64,000 nt of DNA from Fimbriimonadaceae bacterium. Lineage in GTDB: Bacteria > Armatimonadota > Fimbriimonadia > Fimbriimonadales > Fimbriimonadaceae. Below, piece after piece: positions 36,697 to 45,256 of this stretch. Each line of letters opens with the position of its first letter. The stretch's first letter is position 1. The notes under the pieces are model-generated. The model was given only the letters and a program-made list of their open reading frames with translations. It was not told where the DNA came from and ran no database searches. Where the stretch lies: NCBI GenBank assembly GCA_046154445.1, contig JBJXDW010000010.1, positions 36,014-100,013 of the forward strand, written 5' to 3'. Both the position numbers and the translations under genes were made by a program.

Positions 36697-37389
36697 TTAT
36701 TCCAATTCGAGGGGCTTTCTTGACCCCTCTATGACTAAAGTAAATTCACCTTTATGGGGAACTTGCTGTTCAGTTGGAATATCGGGGAAAGTGCCCCGGT
36801 AAATTTGTTCGTTCATTTTGGTCAATTCTCGGGCGATTACGAAGCGTCGCGGGCCGAGAACTTCGGCGCAGAGAGCGAGGGTTTTTTGGAATCGGTGGGG
36901 GCTTTCGAAGAGGACAAGTGTGAAGGATGACTCTGCGAGTGGTTCGATCACTTTTTTGGCGGGGCCAGGTTTTCGTGGGAGGAATCCGAGGAACGCGTAG
37001 CGCTGGGCAAAAAATCCGCTTGCGCTGAGTGCGGTGCTTACGGCACTTGGGCCGGGGATTGGGGTGACGGTGAGGTTTGAGTCGAGGCAGAGGTCGATGA
37101 GTTGGGTGCCGGGGTCGCTGATGGTAGGGGTTCCGGCATCGCTGAGGATGGCGATGGTTTTTCCGTCGGCGATTTCGTCGCGGAATTCCTCTATCTTTTT
37201 AGCGTTTGTGTAGTCATTAAGGGTGGCTTGGGGAATTTTGATGCCGAGATGGCTAAGGAGTTTGCCAGTAACTCGGGTGTCTTCGGCGAGGACGAGGTCG
37301 GTGGTTTCAAGGACATCTCGCATTCTTTGCGAGATGTCCTTGAGGTTGCCGATGGGGCCGGCTACGACGTAGAGCTGACCCGGTGCCAT
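36697..37389 (-). CDS. rsmI: 16S rRNA (cytidine1402-2'-O)-methyltransferase
   Basis: LYVVAGPIGNLKDI, AEDTR, SDAGTPTISDPG and RELTKMNE. Confidence 0.95.
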   Translation of the reverse strand: MAPGQLYVVAGPIGNLKDISQRMRDVLETTDLVLAEDTRVTGKLLSHLGIKIPQATLNDYTNAKKIEEFRDEIADGKTIAILSDAGTPTISDPGTQLIDLCLDSNLTVTPIPGPSAVSTALSASGFFAQRYAFLGFLPRKPGPAKKVIEPLAESSFTLVLFESPHRFQKTLALCAEVLGPRRFVIARELTKMNEQIYRGTFPDIPTEQQVPHKGEFTLVIEGSRKPLELE

Positions 37390-37393
37390 TGGT

Positions 37394-39139
37394 TTAGTTG
37401 CCGGATTTGGGGATGGTCGCGCCGCCGACGGGTGGGGCGGTTCCTGTGGTTCCAGTTGTTGGTTTGTCTTTTCCTTGGGTTGCGAGCTCTTTATCGAGTT
37501 CTTCTTGGGCTTTCTTTTGAGCTTCTTCGATTTCTTTTTGCTCGGTAACGTATTTTGCGTATTCGTCTTGCCAGCGATTTTGTTCTTTGTTCATTTCATC
37601 GAGGCTTTCTTTGCTCCACGCTTTTTTGGTTTCGGCGGTCGTGATCAGCTCACCTATTTGGGCGTACACGCCTTGTCCCGCTCGCTCGAAGTCGCCGTTA
37701 TTTTGGGCGGCGGCCAGGGCAAATGTGAGGGCGTCGTCGTTGCGGCCCTTTTCGAGGAGATCCTTCGCGAGGGCGAGGCGGAAACTGTTATCTTCAAAAA
37801 AGCTCAGCATGTTGTTTGCTGACTCGATGCGGTCATCGAGCATTTCTTTCTTTTCAGCATCGGTCGCGGATGCGTAGAGATTTTCTTGCAAGAGAAATTG
37901 TGCGGCAACGATGATGTTTTGGAATCCGTCGGTGCTGAAATCGTCTTTGCGTAATTCAGAGAGTTTTTCTTTGAAGAACTCTTTTTGTTTTTCGGGGTTG
38001 GCTTGATATTCGGGCTTAGATGCGTTTGTGAAAATGTCGTAACAAATGCCGAGTCCCTTGTCTTCAAATTTCGGTGTCAGAGATTCAATTTTCTTTTTGC
38101 TATCGGCATCGAAGAGTTGACCTGCCTTACTGGCTTTGCCGTTTTCGAGCAAGGTTGCTTTTGACTTTTCGAAATCTTTTGGCAGATTTTGTTTAACAGC
38201 GTTGAGCTTGTAGATGGTGGGGGTTCCGCCAGCTAGGATCATATCGCTGATTTCGCCGGGCTTGAGCTTGGCGATGGGTTTGAGGTCGGGGATTGCGTCG
38301 AGCATTCCACCTGAGAGGGTTGACTTTTTATCTTCGGGCTTTGCCTTAGGATTCACTTCGGCTTGGACGGTTGCGAAGTCTTTGCCAGCTTTGATTTTTT
38401 CTATTGCATCGATGGCGGCAGATTGTCGATCTTCAAGTGGCTTGGAGAGGTCGTCAAACTTGATGACACTCAAGTCGTAATCGTTGAATGCGGCTTTGAG
38501 GTCTTCTTCGGTGAACTGAACTCCCGCTTTGTATGAATCTTGGATTGCGACAGGGAGTAGGGCGTTTATGACATCGGTTTTGGTCGAGGCGTCACCGTAT
38601 TTTTTGACGATTTCGTCGGTTTGTTCTTTAATGAGATCGCCTGGCTTTTTGCCGCTGCTTAGTTCGGTGATCTTTTTGTCCACTTCGTCACGAGTTGCAT
38701 TGCTCTTTACGACGCCTTGCTGGATAAGTTGGGCACGATAAGAATCCATGTACTGTGTCGCGACGGATTCGCCGAGTGTCCGGATGTTGGAATCGGTAAT
38801 AAAAACGCCTTTTTCTTTGGCGAGGCTGGCGATTGCGGCATCGTTCACATAGGACTGGATCGCTTTCATGTGGCTGCTGAATTCAGCGTTTGCTGTGCCG
38901 GGAACCATTCCTTGGGTTTGCTGACTTTGGGCTTCTTTTTGAACTCTTTCGTTAAATTGTTTTGCGGTTACTTTTTGTGAACCGACTTCAAACACAACTC
39001 GTTCCTCTGGGGTTTGTGGGTGTTGATTCCCGAGTTGACCACCCAAGACCATACCGATGATCATGAGCACGCCCAAAATGACAAGGATGGCCTGGCATCC
39101 TTTTTTTTCCATGGTTTTTCGAATTGTGATGATTGACAA
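37394..39139 (-). CDS. SurA/PpiD-like membrane-anchored chaperone (degenerate parvulin domain)
   Basis: MSIITIRKTM + TM anchor, SurA_N-like region, GKDFATV and LKPGEISD parvulin-like motifs. Confidence 0.65.
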   Translation of the reverse strand: MSIITIRKTMEKKGCQAILVILGVLMIIGMVLGGQLGNQHPQTPEERVVFEVGSQKVTAKQFNERVQKEAQSQQTQGMVPGTANAEFSSHMKAIQSYVNDAAIASLAKEKGVFITDSNIRTLGESVATQYMDSYRAQLIQQGVVKSNATRDEVDKKITELSSGKKPGDLIKEQTDEIVKKYGDASTKTDVINALLPVAIQDSYKAGVQFTEEDLKAAFNDYDLSVIKFDDLSKPLEDRQSAAIDAIEKIKAGKDFATVQAEVNPKAKPEDKKSTLSGGMLDAIPDLKPIAKLKPGEISDMILAGGTPTIYKLNAVKQNLPKDFEKSKATLLENGKASKAGQLFDADSKKKIESLTPKFEDKGLGICYDIFTNASKPEYQANPEKQKEFFKEKLSELRKDDFSTDGFQNIIVAAQFLLQENLYASATDAEKKEMLDDRIESANNMLSFFEDNSFRLALAKDLLEKGRNDDALTFALAAAQNNGDFERAGQGVYAQIGELITTAETKKAWSKESLDEMNKEQNRWQDEYAKYVTEQKEIEEAQKKAQEELDKELATQGKDKPTTGTTGTAPPVGGATIPKSGN

Positions 39140-39205
39140 AATGAGTTCTCCTACGCCGAAAGGAAACGTTATTATGACGCCCGAAAGTTTCCGAGACCCG
39201 GAACT

Positions 39206-39270
39206 AGACTTGACACGTAGACAAATAATGTGAATAATGGATATGTCTGGCAGACAGAAGACTATGTCTG
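39206..39270 (+). promoter_or_regulatory. lexA promoter with AGAC(A)/TGTCT repeats (candidate SOS boxes)
   Basis: TTGACA at 39210; TGTCTG-G-CAGACA, CAGACA-N8-TGTCTG (39251-39270) and AGAC-TAT-GTCT. Confidence 0.5.
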
Positions 39271-39282
39271 CGGGTGAGAATT

Positions 39283-39915
39283 ATGGCAAAGGGTTTAACC
39301 GCACGTCAAGAAGAGATTTTGCGATTCGTTTCGGATTACCAAGCGGAGAATGGGTATCCCCCTTCGATTCGTGAGATTGGGGCTCGATTTAAGATCGGGT
39401 CGCTTAGGGGTGTGACGGTGCATCTTGATGCATTGGAAAAGAAAGGGTTTATTGAGCGAGCGAATACGCCGCGATCAATTAAGATTATTCATCCGGCTTA
39501 TCAGAACACAATCAATGTTAGCATGTTGCCGCTGTTGGGTTCGATTGCAGCGGGGGCTCCGATTTTGGCAGAGGAATCAGTGGAAGATATGATTCCGGTT
39601 CCAAGCGAAATGGTGCGAAACATTGCAAATGCATTTGTTTTGCGTGTTAAGGGTGATTCGATGACGGGCGACGGGATTAATCCTCGCGATTTGGTTGTAA
39701 TTAAGCCGCAGGAAACGGCTTCACACGGTGAATTGGTTGCGGTTCTGCTTGACAATGAAGCGACGGTTAAGCGGATGCATATGCGAGATGGGGTTGTCAA
39801 ATTGATGCCAAGCAATCCGGCTTATGAACCGATTGATGTTCGGCCTGAAGACAATGCGCGGGTGATTGGTCGAGTGATTGGGCTGATGCGCGACTATCAG
39901 GGTATGGCTTTTTAG
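39283..39915 (+). CDS. lexA: SOS repressor LexA
   Basis: LTARQEEIL, GYPPSIREI, IAAG cleavage site, VKGDSM Ser and ATVK Lys. Confidence 0.96.
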   Translation: MAKGLTARQEEILRFVSDYQAENGYPPSIREIGARFKIGSLRGVTVHLDALEKKGFIERANTPRSIKIIHPAYQNTINVSMLPLLGSIAAGAPILAEESVEDMIPVPSEMVRNIANAFVLRVKGDSMTGDGINPRDLVVIKPQETASHGELVAVLLDNEATVKRMHMRDGVVKLMPSNPAYEPIDVRPEDNARVIGRVIGLMRDYQGMAF

Positions 39916-40478
39916 GGGCCAGAGACGTATTTGATTTGAGTTGCAAGAGTGTCGTTGATGCGATGCTCTTGCCGGAAGATTCCTTTGCCGGATTGAAACC
40001 AGGTGGTGATTTCGTGGCGTTCGTTTTCAATTTGTAGAGTGACTTGGCCGACATAGAGATGTAATTTTTTATTGTCTATATCTTCGTCAACTTGCTTGAC
40101 CTTGAGTTCGCCTTTTGCTGATTTGGCGGAGCCGGAGGCGCGAATTGTGCCTTTCCAGTTGATGACTTCGCCCTCGTTGATGTTGGCGTAGATCGGGAGT
40201 GGCGGGAAGAATTCTGAGTTAGCAAGTCGGCTGGTGATGAGTTGATTATTTTTCCAAGCGAGGGCGGAGTCACCAATATCTGAGGTGAGGGTGAAACCTT
40301 CGACTTGTCCAACGGGTGATTTTTTTTCAATTTTGAGTGTGGAAACTCGGTTGCTGAGTCCGGCTTTGACTTGGTAAGTCCATTTGTTGCCGATGGCAAG
40401 GGGCATGATGGCTTGGCCCCGATTGCATCCGGCTAATAGAGTCGCAGAAGAGATGAGGATGAGGGTGAAGCGGTTCAG
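39912..40478 (-). CDS. Hypothetical lipoprotein, probable CTG start
   Basis: In-frame extension of 39912..40406 gives (M)NRFTLILISSATLLAG-C (lipobox); GGAGG lies 4 nt before the CTG, which overlaps the pcrA stop. Confidence 0.65.
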   Translation of the reverse strand: MNRFTLILISSATLLAGCNRGQAIMPLAIGNKWTYQVKAGLSNRVSTLKIEKKSPVGQVEGFTLTSDIGDSALAWKNNQLITSRLANSEFFPPLPIYANINEGEVINWKGTIRASGSAKSAKGELKVKQVDEDIDNKKLHLYVGQVTLQIENERHEITTWFQSGKGIFRQEHRINDTLATQIKYVSGP

Positions 40479-42691
40479 ATTGCCTCCAACTTTGCTAGAG
40501 ATTGAACCATTTTTTTGATGCCGGTTGCGCCGGGGAATGCCACGGTGACTTCGGCGTCGTTCTTGAGCGGGGCGCAGGCGACGACGATACCGACGCCGAA
40601 TTTGCGGTGGGTGACTTTTTGACCGACGGTAAATGGGGGTGTCCAGCTTGGAGCGGATGCTCGGGGACTTTCTGTGATTGCGTAGCCTCCGGTGCGGAGC
40701 GGTTCGAGGCGGGGCGCGTTGCTGACTCGGGTGAACGACGTTTCCATTGTGGTGCCCGGCATTTGGTCAATGATTTCGCGGGGAAGGTCGTCGATGAATC
40801 TTGATCGGGGGTTGAAATTTGCTTGTCCATACTGGGATCGACGGCGGGCGTAGGTCATGTAGAGACTCTCGCGGGCGCGGGTCATGCCGACGTAGCAGAG
40901 GCGGCGTTCTTCTTCGAGCTCGGTGTCGTTGCCGAGGGCACGGCTGTGGGGAAAGATGCCTTCTTCGAGGCCCATGAGAAAGACTACGGGGAATTCGAGA
41001 CCTTTGGAGGAGTGGAGGGTCATGAGTTTGACGCCATCGCCGCTGTCTTTCATCGAATCGATGTCGCTAACGAGGGCGACGGTTTCGAGGAATTGACCGA
41101 GGTCGTGCTCTTGGGCGGGGTCGGCGTCGAATTGTGCGGTGACGTTGATGAGTTCTTGGAGGTTTTCGAGCCGGGCCTGGGCTTCGTCGGTGCGTTCGGC
41201 TCGGAGTTCGTCGAGGTAACCACTTTTTTGCATGAGGAGCTTGAGGATGGGGGTGACGGCTCCGGCGGCGATGAGTTCGCGGGCGTCTTCGATGGCCTTA
41301 CAATAGGTGCGGATGCTTGTGAGGGGCTTCCTTTGTATTTCCTGTTCGAATTGAGGATCCGAGATGGCTTGGTAGAGCGAGATTCCGCGGGCATCAGCGA
41401 ACGCGATGGCTTTTTGGATGACCGATGGCCCGATTCCTCGGGTGGGCGTGTTGATGGTGCGGCGGAATGACACTTCGTCGGCGGGATTCCAGGCAACGCG
41501 GAGGTAGCCGATCATGTCTTTGATTTCTTTACGGTCGTAGAATCGTTGACCGCCGACTAAAATGTGGGGGATTTGGTGGGTGAGGAAGGCTTCTTCCACG
41601 ACTCGGGATTGGGCGTTGGTGCGATAGAGGATGGCGAAGTCGCCATATTTTCGGCGTCCGGTACGGATTTCGTGGTTGATGGTGTCGACGGCGAGACGGG
41701 CTTCTTCGTGTTCGGTGCCGGATTCGCCAATTTGGATGAGTTCGCCGGAATCATTGGCAGTCCAGAGTTTTTTGTCGTTTCGGGATCGGTTGTGTTTGAC
41801 GACTTCGTAGGCACCGGCGAGGATATTTTTGGAAGATCTGTAGTTTTGGTCGAGGGTGATGAGGCTGGCGCTGGGGTGGTCGAGGGTGAATCTCATCATG
41901 AGGCCGACATCGGCACCGCGCCACGCGTAGATGGATTGGTCGTCGTCGCCGACGACAGTGAGGTTTTTGTTTTTTCCGGCGAGGAGATCGGCGAGCCGAT
42001 ATTGGGTGAAATTGACGTCTTGGTATTCGTCGACGAGTACGTGGAGGAATTTTTCTTGATATTTTTCGCGGACTTCTTGTGATTCTTCGAGGAGCTTTAC
42101 GGTTTTAAAGAGGAGATCATCGAAGTCGAGTGAGTTTGCGTTTTGGAGTCGTTTTTGATAGTCTTTGTAAATTCCGGCGACGGTGCGCTCGAAGAATGAG
42201 CTGGCGCGGTCGGAATATTTTTCAGGGGTGAGCATTTGCTCTTTGGCGCGGCTGATTTCGCTGAGGACACCGCGAGGTTGGATGGCCTTGTCGTCGTAGC
42301 CTTTATTTTTGATGAGGTCTTTGATGAGGCTGAGTTGTTCGGAGTCATCGTAGACGACGAAGTTTCGGTCGATACCGATTGCGGTGCCATCCATTCGGAG
42401 GATTCGGGCGCAGAGAGCGTGGAAAGTGCCCATCCAGATTTGGGTGGCTTGGGGACCGACGAGATGTTCGATCCGCTCGCGCATTTCTTTGGCGGCTTTG
42501 TTAGTAAAAGTGACAGCGAGGATGCGGTAGGGGGGGCATCCTTCTTCCATCAATCGGGCGATGCGGTAGGTGATGACCCGAGTTTTGCCTGATCCGGCTC
42601 CGGCAACGATCATGAGAGGTCCGCCGGGGTGCATTACGGCTTCATGTTGTTGAGGGTTTAGGGATTCGAGGTCGAGGGAAATAGTGGACAT
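40475..42691 (-). CDS. pcrA: ATP-dependent DNA helicase PcrA/UvrD
   Basis: AGAGSGKT, VDEYQD, VGDDDQSIYAWRGA, LYRTNAQSR, HSSKGLEF, YVGMTRA and a C-terminal Tudor-like domain. Confidence 0.97.
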   Translation of the reverse strand: MSTISLDLESLNPQQHEAVMHPGGPLMIVAGAGSGKTRVITYRIARLMEEGCPPYRILAVTFTNKAAKEMRERIEHLVGPQATQIWMGTFHALCARILRMDGTAIGIDRNFVVYDDSEQLSLIKDLIKNKGYDDKAIQPRGVLSEISRAKEQMLTPEKYSDRASSFFERTVAGIYKDYQKRLQNANSLDFDDLLFKTVKLLEESQEVREKYQEKFLHVLVDEYQDVNFTQYRLADLLAGKNKNLTVVGDDDQSIYAWRGADVGLMMRFTLDHPSASLITLDQNYRSSKNILAGAYEVVKHNRSRNDKKLWTANDSGELIQIGESGTEHEEARLAVDTINHEIRTGRRKYGDFAILYRTNAQSRVVEEAFLTHQIPHILVGGQRFYDRKEIKDMIGYLRVAWNPADEVSFRRTINTPTRGIGPSVIQKAIAFADARGISLYQAISDPQFEQEIQRKPLTSIRTYCKAIEDARELIAAGAVTPILKLLMQKSGYLDELRAERTDEAQARLENLQELINVTAQFDADPAQEHDLGQFLETVALVSDIDSMKDSGDGVKLMTLHSSKGLEFPVVFLMGLEEGIFPHSRALGNDTELEEERRLCYVGMTRARESLYMTYARRRSQYGQANFNPRSRFIDDLPREIIDQMPGTTMETSFTRVSNAPRLEPLRTGGYAITESPRASAPSWTPPFTVGQKVTHRKFGVGIVVACAPLKNDAEVTVAFPGATGIKKMVQSLAKLEAI

Positions 42692-42869
42692 GGGTCACCT
42701 ATGATTGTGCTCGATTTTTTGAGTTGGTCCGGGTAGAATTTTCCACGAAGCTTTTTGGAATAAAGCTTTCTGCCTTTGTGTAACGTTGAGCCCTTTTGCG
42801 AGCGTCATAAGCGTAGGATAAAACCGTAGTGTGCCTTACCTTGAATGGGCGTGGCACCGGAGATTCTTG

Positions 42870-44405
42870 ATGAAGAGATTACTTACAACAGCTTTAGCGG
42901 CACTGATGGTCGCAGGAGCATTTGCCCAGGGGACGTTTACGATTCGTCGTCCGGCGGATGGATCAAAGGTACGTGAGGTGGTGAAAGTCCGCATTCCGAA
43001 GAACAGTATTCCGGAAGGTGGCTACATTGGCGTTTTGGTCAATGGCAAATTTTTGGAAGCAGTTATTCCGGATGTTGAAGGCAGCGACTATGTTTACAAT
43101 TTGGACACGAAGGCTCGAAAGATTGCCGATGGTCCGATGACGATTGAGACTGTCCTTTATTTTTACACGCAAGGTGCTCCGCAGGTTTTGAACCGATCCA
43201 GTGTCAATGTGGTTCTTGATAATTCGGCCACGATTATGAAGAATGCTCCGAATGGATTTAACTTGCGCTACAAGTTTTATCCGGGTAAGGAGTACGTTTA
43301 CAATATGACTGAGCAGTCATCAGTCTCATTTGTGACGCAGGCTCAAGCTCAGCTTGGCTCGAGAGCGGCCGAAATTGTTACAAACACCGAAAGTATTCGC
43401 TACTTAATTGCTCACGCGAACAATTACGGAACGAGCGGATTGATTCGTATGCAGGCTCTGCCAACTAAAGGTAAGGATTACGCCTACATTATTACGGCAG
43501 GCGAAACGGTGCCTAAGAAGTTTATGGATTATGAAATGCACCCGATCTTTATGAAGATTACTGATCGTGGTCGCGAAATGTTCACATCTTTGCCAATTTA
43601 CTTCCCATGGGAAGGTGCATCGGTCGATGCGCGAACAGATCTTTTTGCGATGTTCCCGCCGTCGGTGTTGCCAGATCGTCCTAAGTCAGTTGGAGATCGA
43701 TGGCCAGCAGCAATCCCTCAAGGAAACATTAATCTCGAAAAGAAAGACGAGATTGAGCATATGGTTGAAAATTTGCCAGGAAGTGCAACCTTAGAGTCAG
43801 TTGAATGGGAGCAAGGATTCCCATGCGCAAAGATTCGGTCTGAGCTTTCGTTGGGTGCGAACGACTTGAAAAATTTGAAGAGTCTTGAAGGCGTTATTGG
43901 TCAAGCACAATCGTTGAAGATTGAATCGATCCAATGGTTTGCGATTGATCGTGGCATCATGATTCGAGAAGAACTGCGGTTTACATCTGAAATTTTGGTA
44001 ACCGTTGGTGCTTCAGCGGGTGGTGCTGGGGCGGCAGGTGGTGGTCCTAGCGGCGGTCCAACTGGACTCGGTTCAGCTGGTAGTCCTGGCGGCGGTCAGG
44101 GTGGCGGTGCGTCTACAGCAGGCGGGAAAATTATTCGTCGAAATGGCGGAGTCAACCCAGGCATCGTCTTAAGTAATAACTTCTTCGATCAGTTTGATCC
44201 TGCTACTCTGCTGCAGCAACGTGGAGGACGAGGTAATGGTCCTGGCGGCGACGAAGATGGTCAGGAAGGTGGCCCTCCGGGTCTTGGTGGCGGTGAAGGG
44301 TTTGGGGCACCTGGTGGAAGAGGCGGTGCATCTGCTGGGAGTTCTGTTCCCGTTAAGGTAATTCTTCGACAAACATCACGACGATCGACGGTTCTCGAGC
44401 AATAA
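42870..44405 (+). CDS. Secreted hypothetical protein with Gly-rich low-complexity C-terminal region
   Basis: Signal peptide MKRLLTTALAALMVAGAFAQ; Ig-like N-terminus; G/P-rich tail. Confidence 0.75.
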   Translation: MKRLLTTALAALMVAGAFAQGTFTIRRPADGSKVREVVKVRIPKNSIPEGGYIGVLVNGKFLEAVIPDVEGSDYVYNLDTKARKIADGPMTIETVLYFYTQGAPQVLNRSSVNVVLDNSATIMKNAPNGFNLRYKFYPGKEYVYNMTEQSSVSFVTQAQAQLGSRAAEIVTNTESIRYLIAHANNYGTSGLIRMQALPTKGKDYAYIITAGETVPKKFMDYEMHPIFMKITDRGREMFTSLPIYFPWEGASVDARTDLFAMFPPSVLPDRPKSVGDRWPAAIPQGNINLEKKDEIEHMVENLPGSATLESVEWEQGFPCAKIRSELSLGANDLKNLKSLEGVIGQAQSLKIESIQWFAIDRGIMIREELRFTSEILVTVGASAGGAGAAGGGPSGGPTGLGSAGSPGGGQGGGASTAGGKIIRRNGGVNPGIVLSNNFFDQFDPATLLQQRGGRGNGPGGDEDGQEGGPPGLGGGEGFGAPGGRGGASAGSSVPVKVILRQTSRRSTVLEQ

Positions 44406-44446
44406 GGTCATACAACGGTTATTGAAAATAGCCGATAATAGGAATC

Positions 44447-45256
44447 ATGGCAAGGCGCCTTGATCAAGAAGATGGAAGCTCATCGGAACAGTCCGATGAG
44501 CTTCGTCTTACTTTAGGCGAGCACCTTGAGGAGCTTCGGGTTCGGATTTTCCGAATTGCAGCGGTAATTGCAGTTGGGATGGTCGCTGGTTGGTTTTTGG
44601 TGGTTCCGGTTTACGACCATTTTATAAAAATGGTGAAAAGTTCATTGCCGAAGGACTTTGAATTCACCACTGCATGGAGCAGTTTGTCTGAGCCTTTTAT
44701 GTTCCAGCTTAAATTGGCTCTTGTGCTGGGTTTGGTTGTTACGATTCCGATCACGGTTATGCAGCTTTGGGGGTTTATCAAGCCAGGCTTAAAACCACAT
44801 GAACGTAAACCTCTTCAAAGGGTGGTTCCGATCTCATTGGTTTTATTTGCGTTTGGATGTTTGTTAGGCTATACGATTCTGCCAGTCACCTATCAATGGT
44901 TTGCAGGCATGAGCTCACAATTTAAGGGGTCGATTATTATCCAGAGTCCAAGTGAAATCGTGCTTTTTAGTGCGAAAATGATGTTGGCGTTTGGCATTGG
45001 GTTCCAATTGCCGATTATTGTATTTTTCTTGACTAAGCTTGGAATAATTACTCCTGAGGCGATCACCCGCTATTGGCGACAGGCCGCGGTTGGCGTGTTT
45101 ACAGCGGCGGCAATAATCACGCCTTCTGGTGATCTATTTTCGATGACATTGATGGGTTTGCCGATGGTTATTCTCACTTTTGCAAGCATCGGGGCAGCAC
45201 GATTGACGATGAAAGATCGCGACGGGTCTGGTGATGTGCTTAACTCATTAGACTGA
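44447..45256 (+). CDS. tatC: Twin-arginine translocase subunit TatC
   Basis: LGEHLEELRVR, QLWGFIKPGLKPHE, GIGFQLP and AAIITPSGD. Confidence 0.95.
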   Translation: MARRLDQEDGSSSEQSDELRLTLGEHLEELRVRIFRIAAVIAVGMVAGWFLVVPVYDHFIKMVKSSLPKDFEFTTAWSSLSEPFMFQLKLALVLGLVVTIPITVMQLWGFIKPGLKPHERKPLQRVVPISLVLFAFGCLLGYTILPVTYQWFAGMSSQFKGSIIIQSPSEIVLFSAKMMLAFGIGFQLPIIVFFLTKLGIITPEAITRYWRQAAVGVFTAAAIITPSGDLFSMTLMGLPMVILTFASIGAARLTMKDRDGSGDVLNSLD

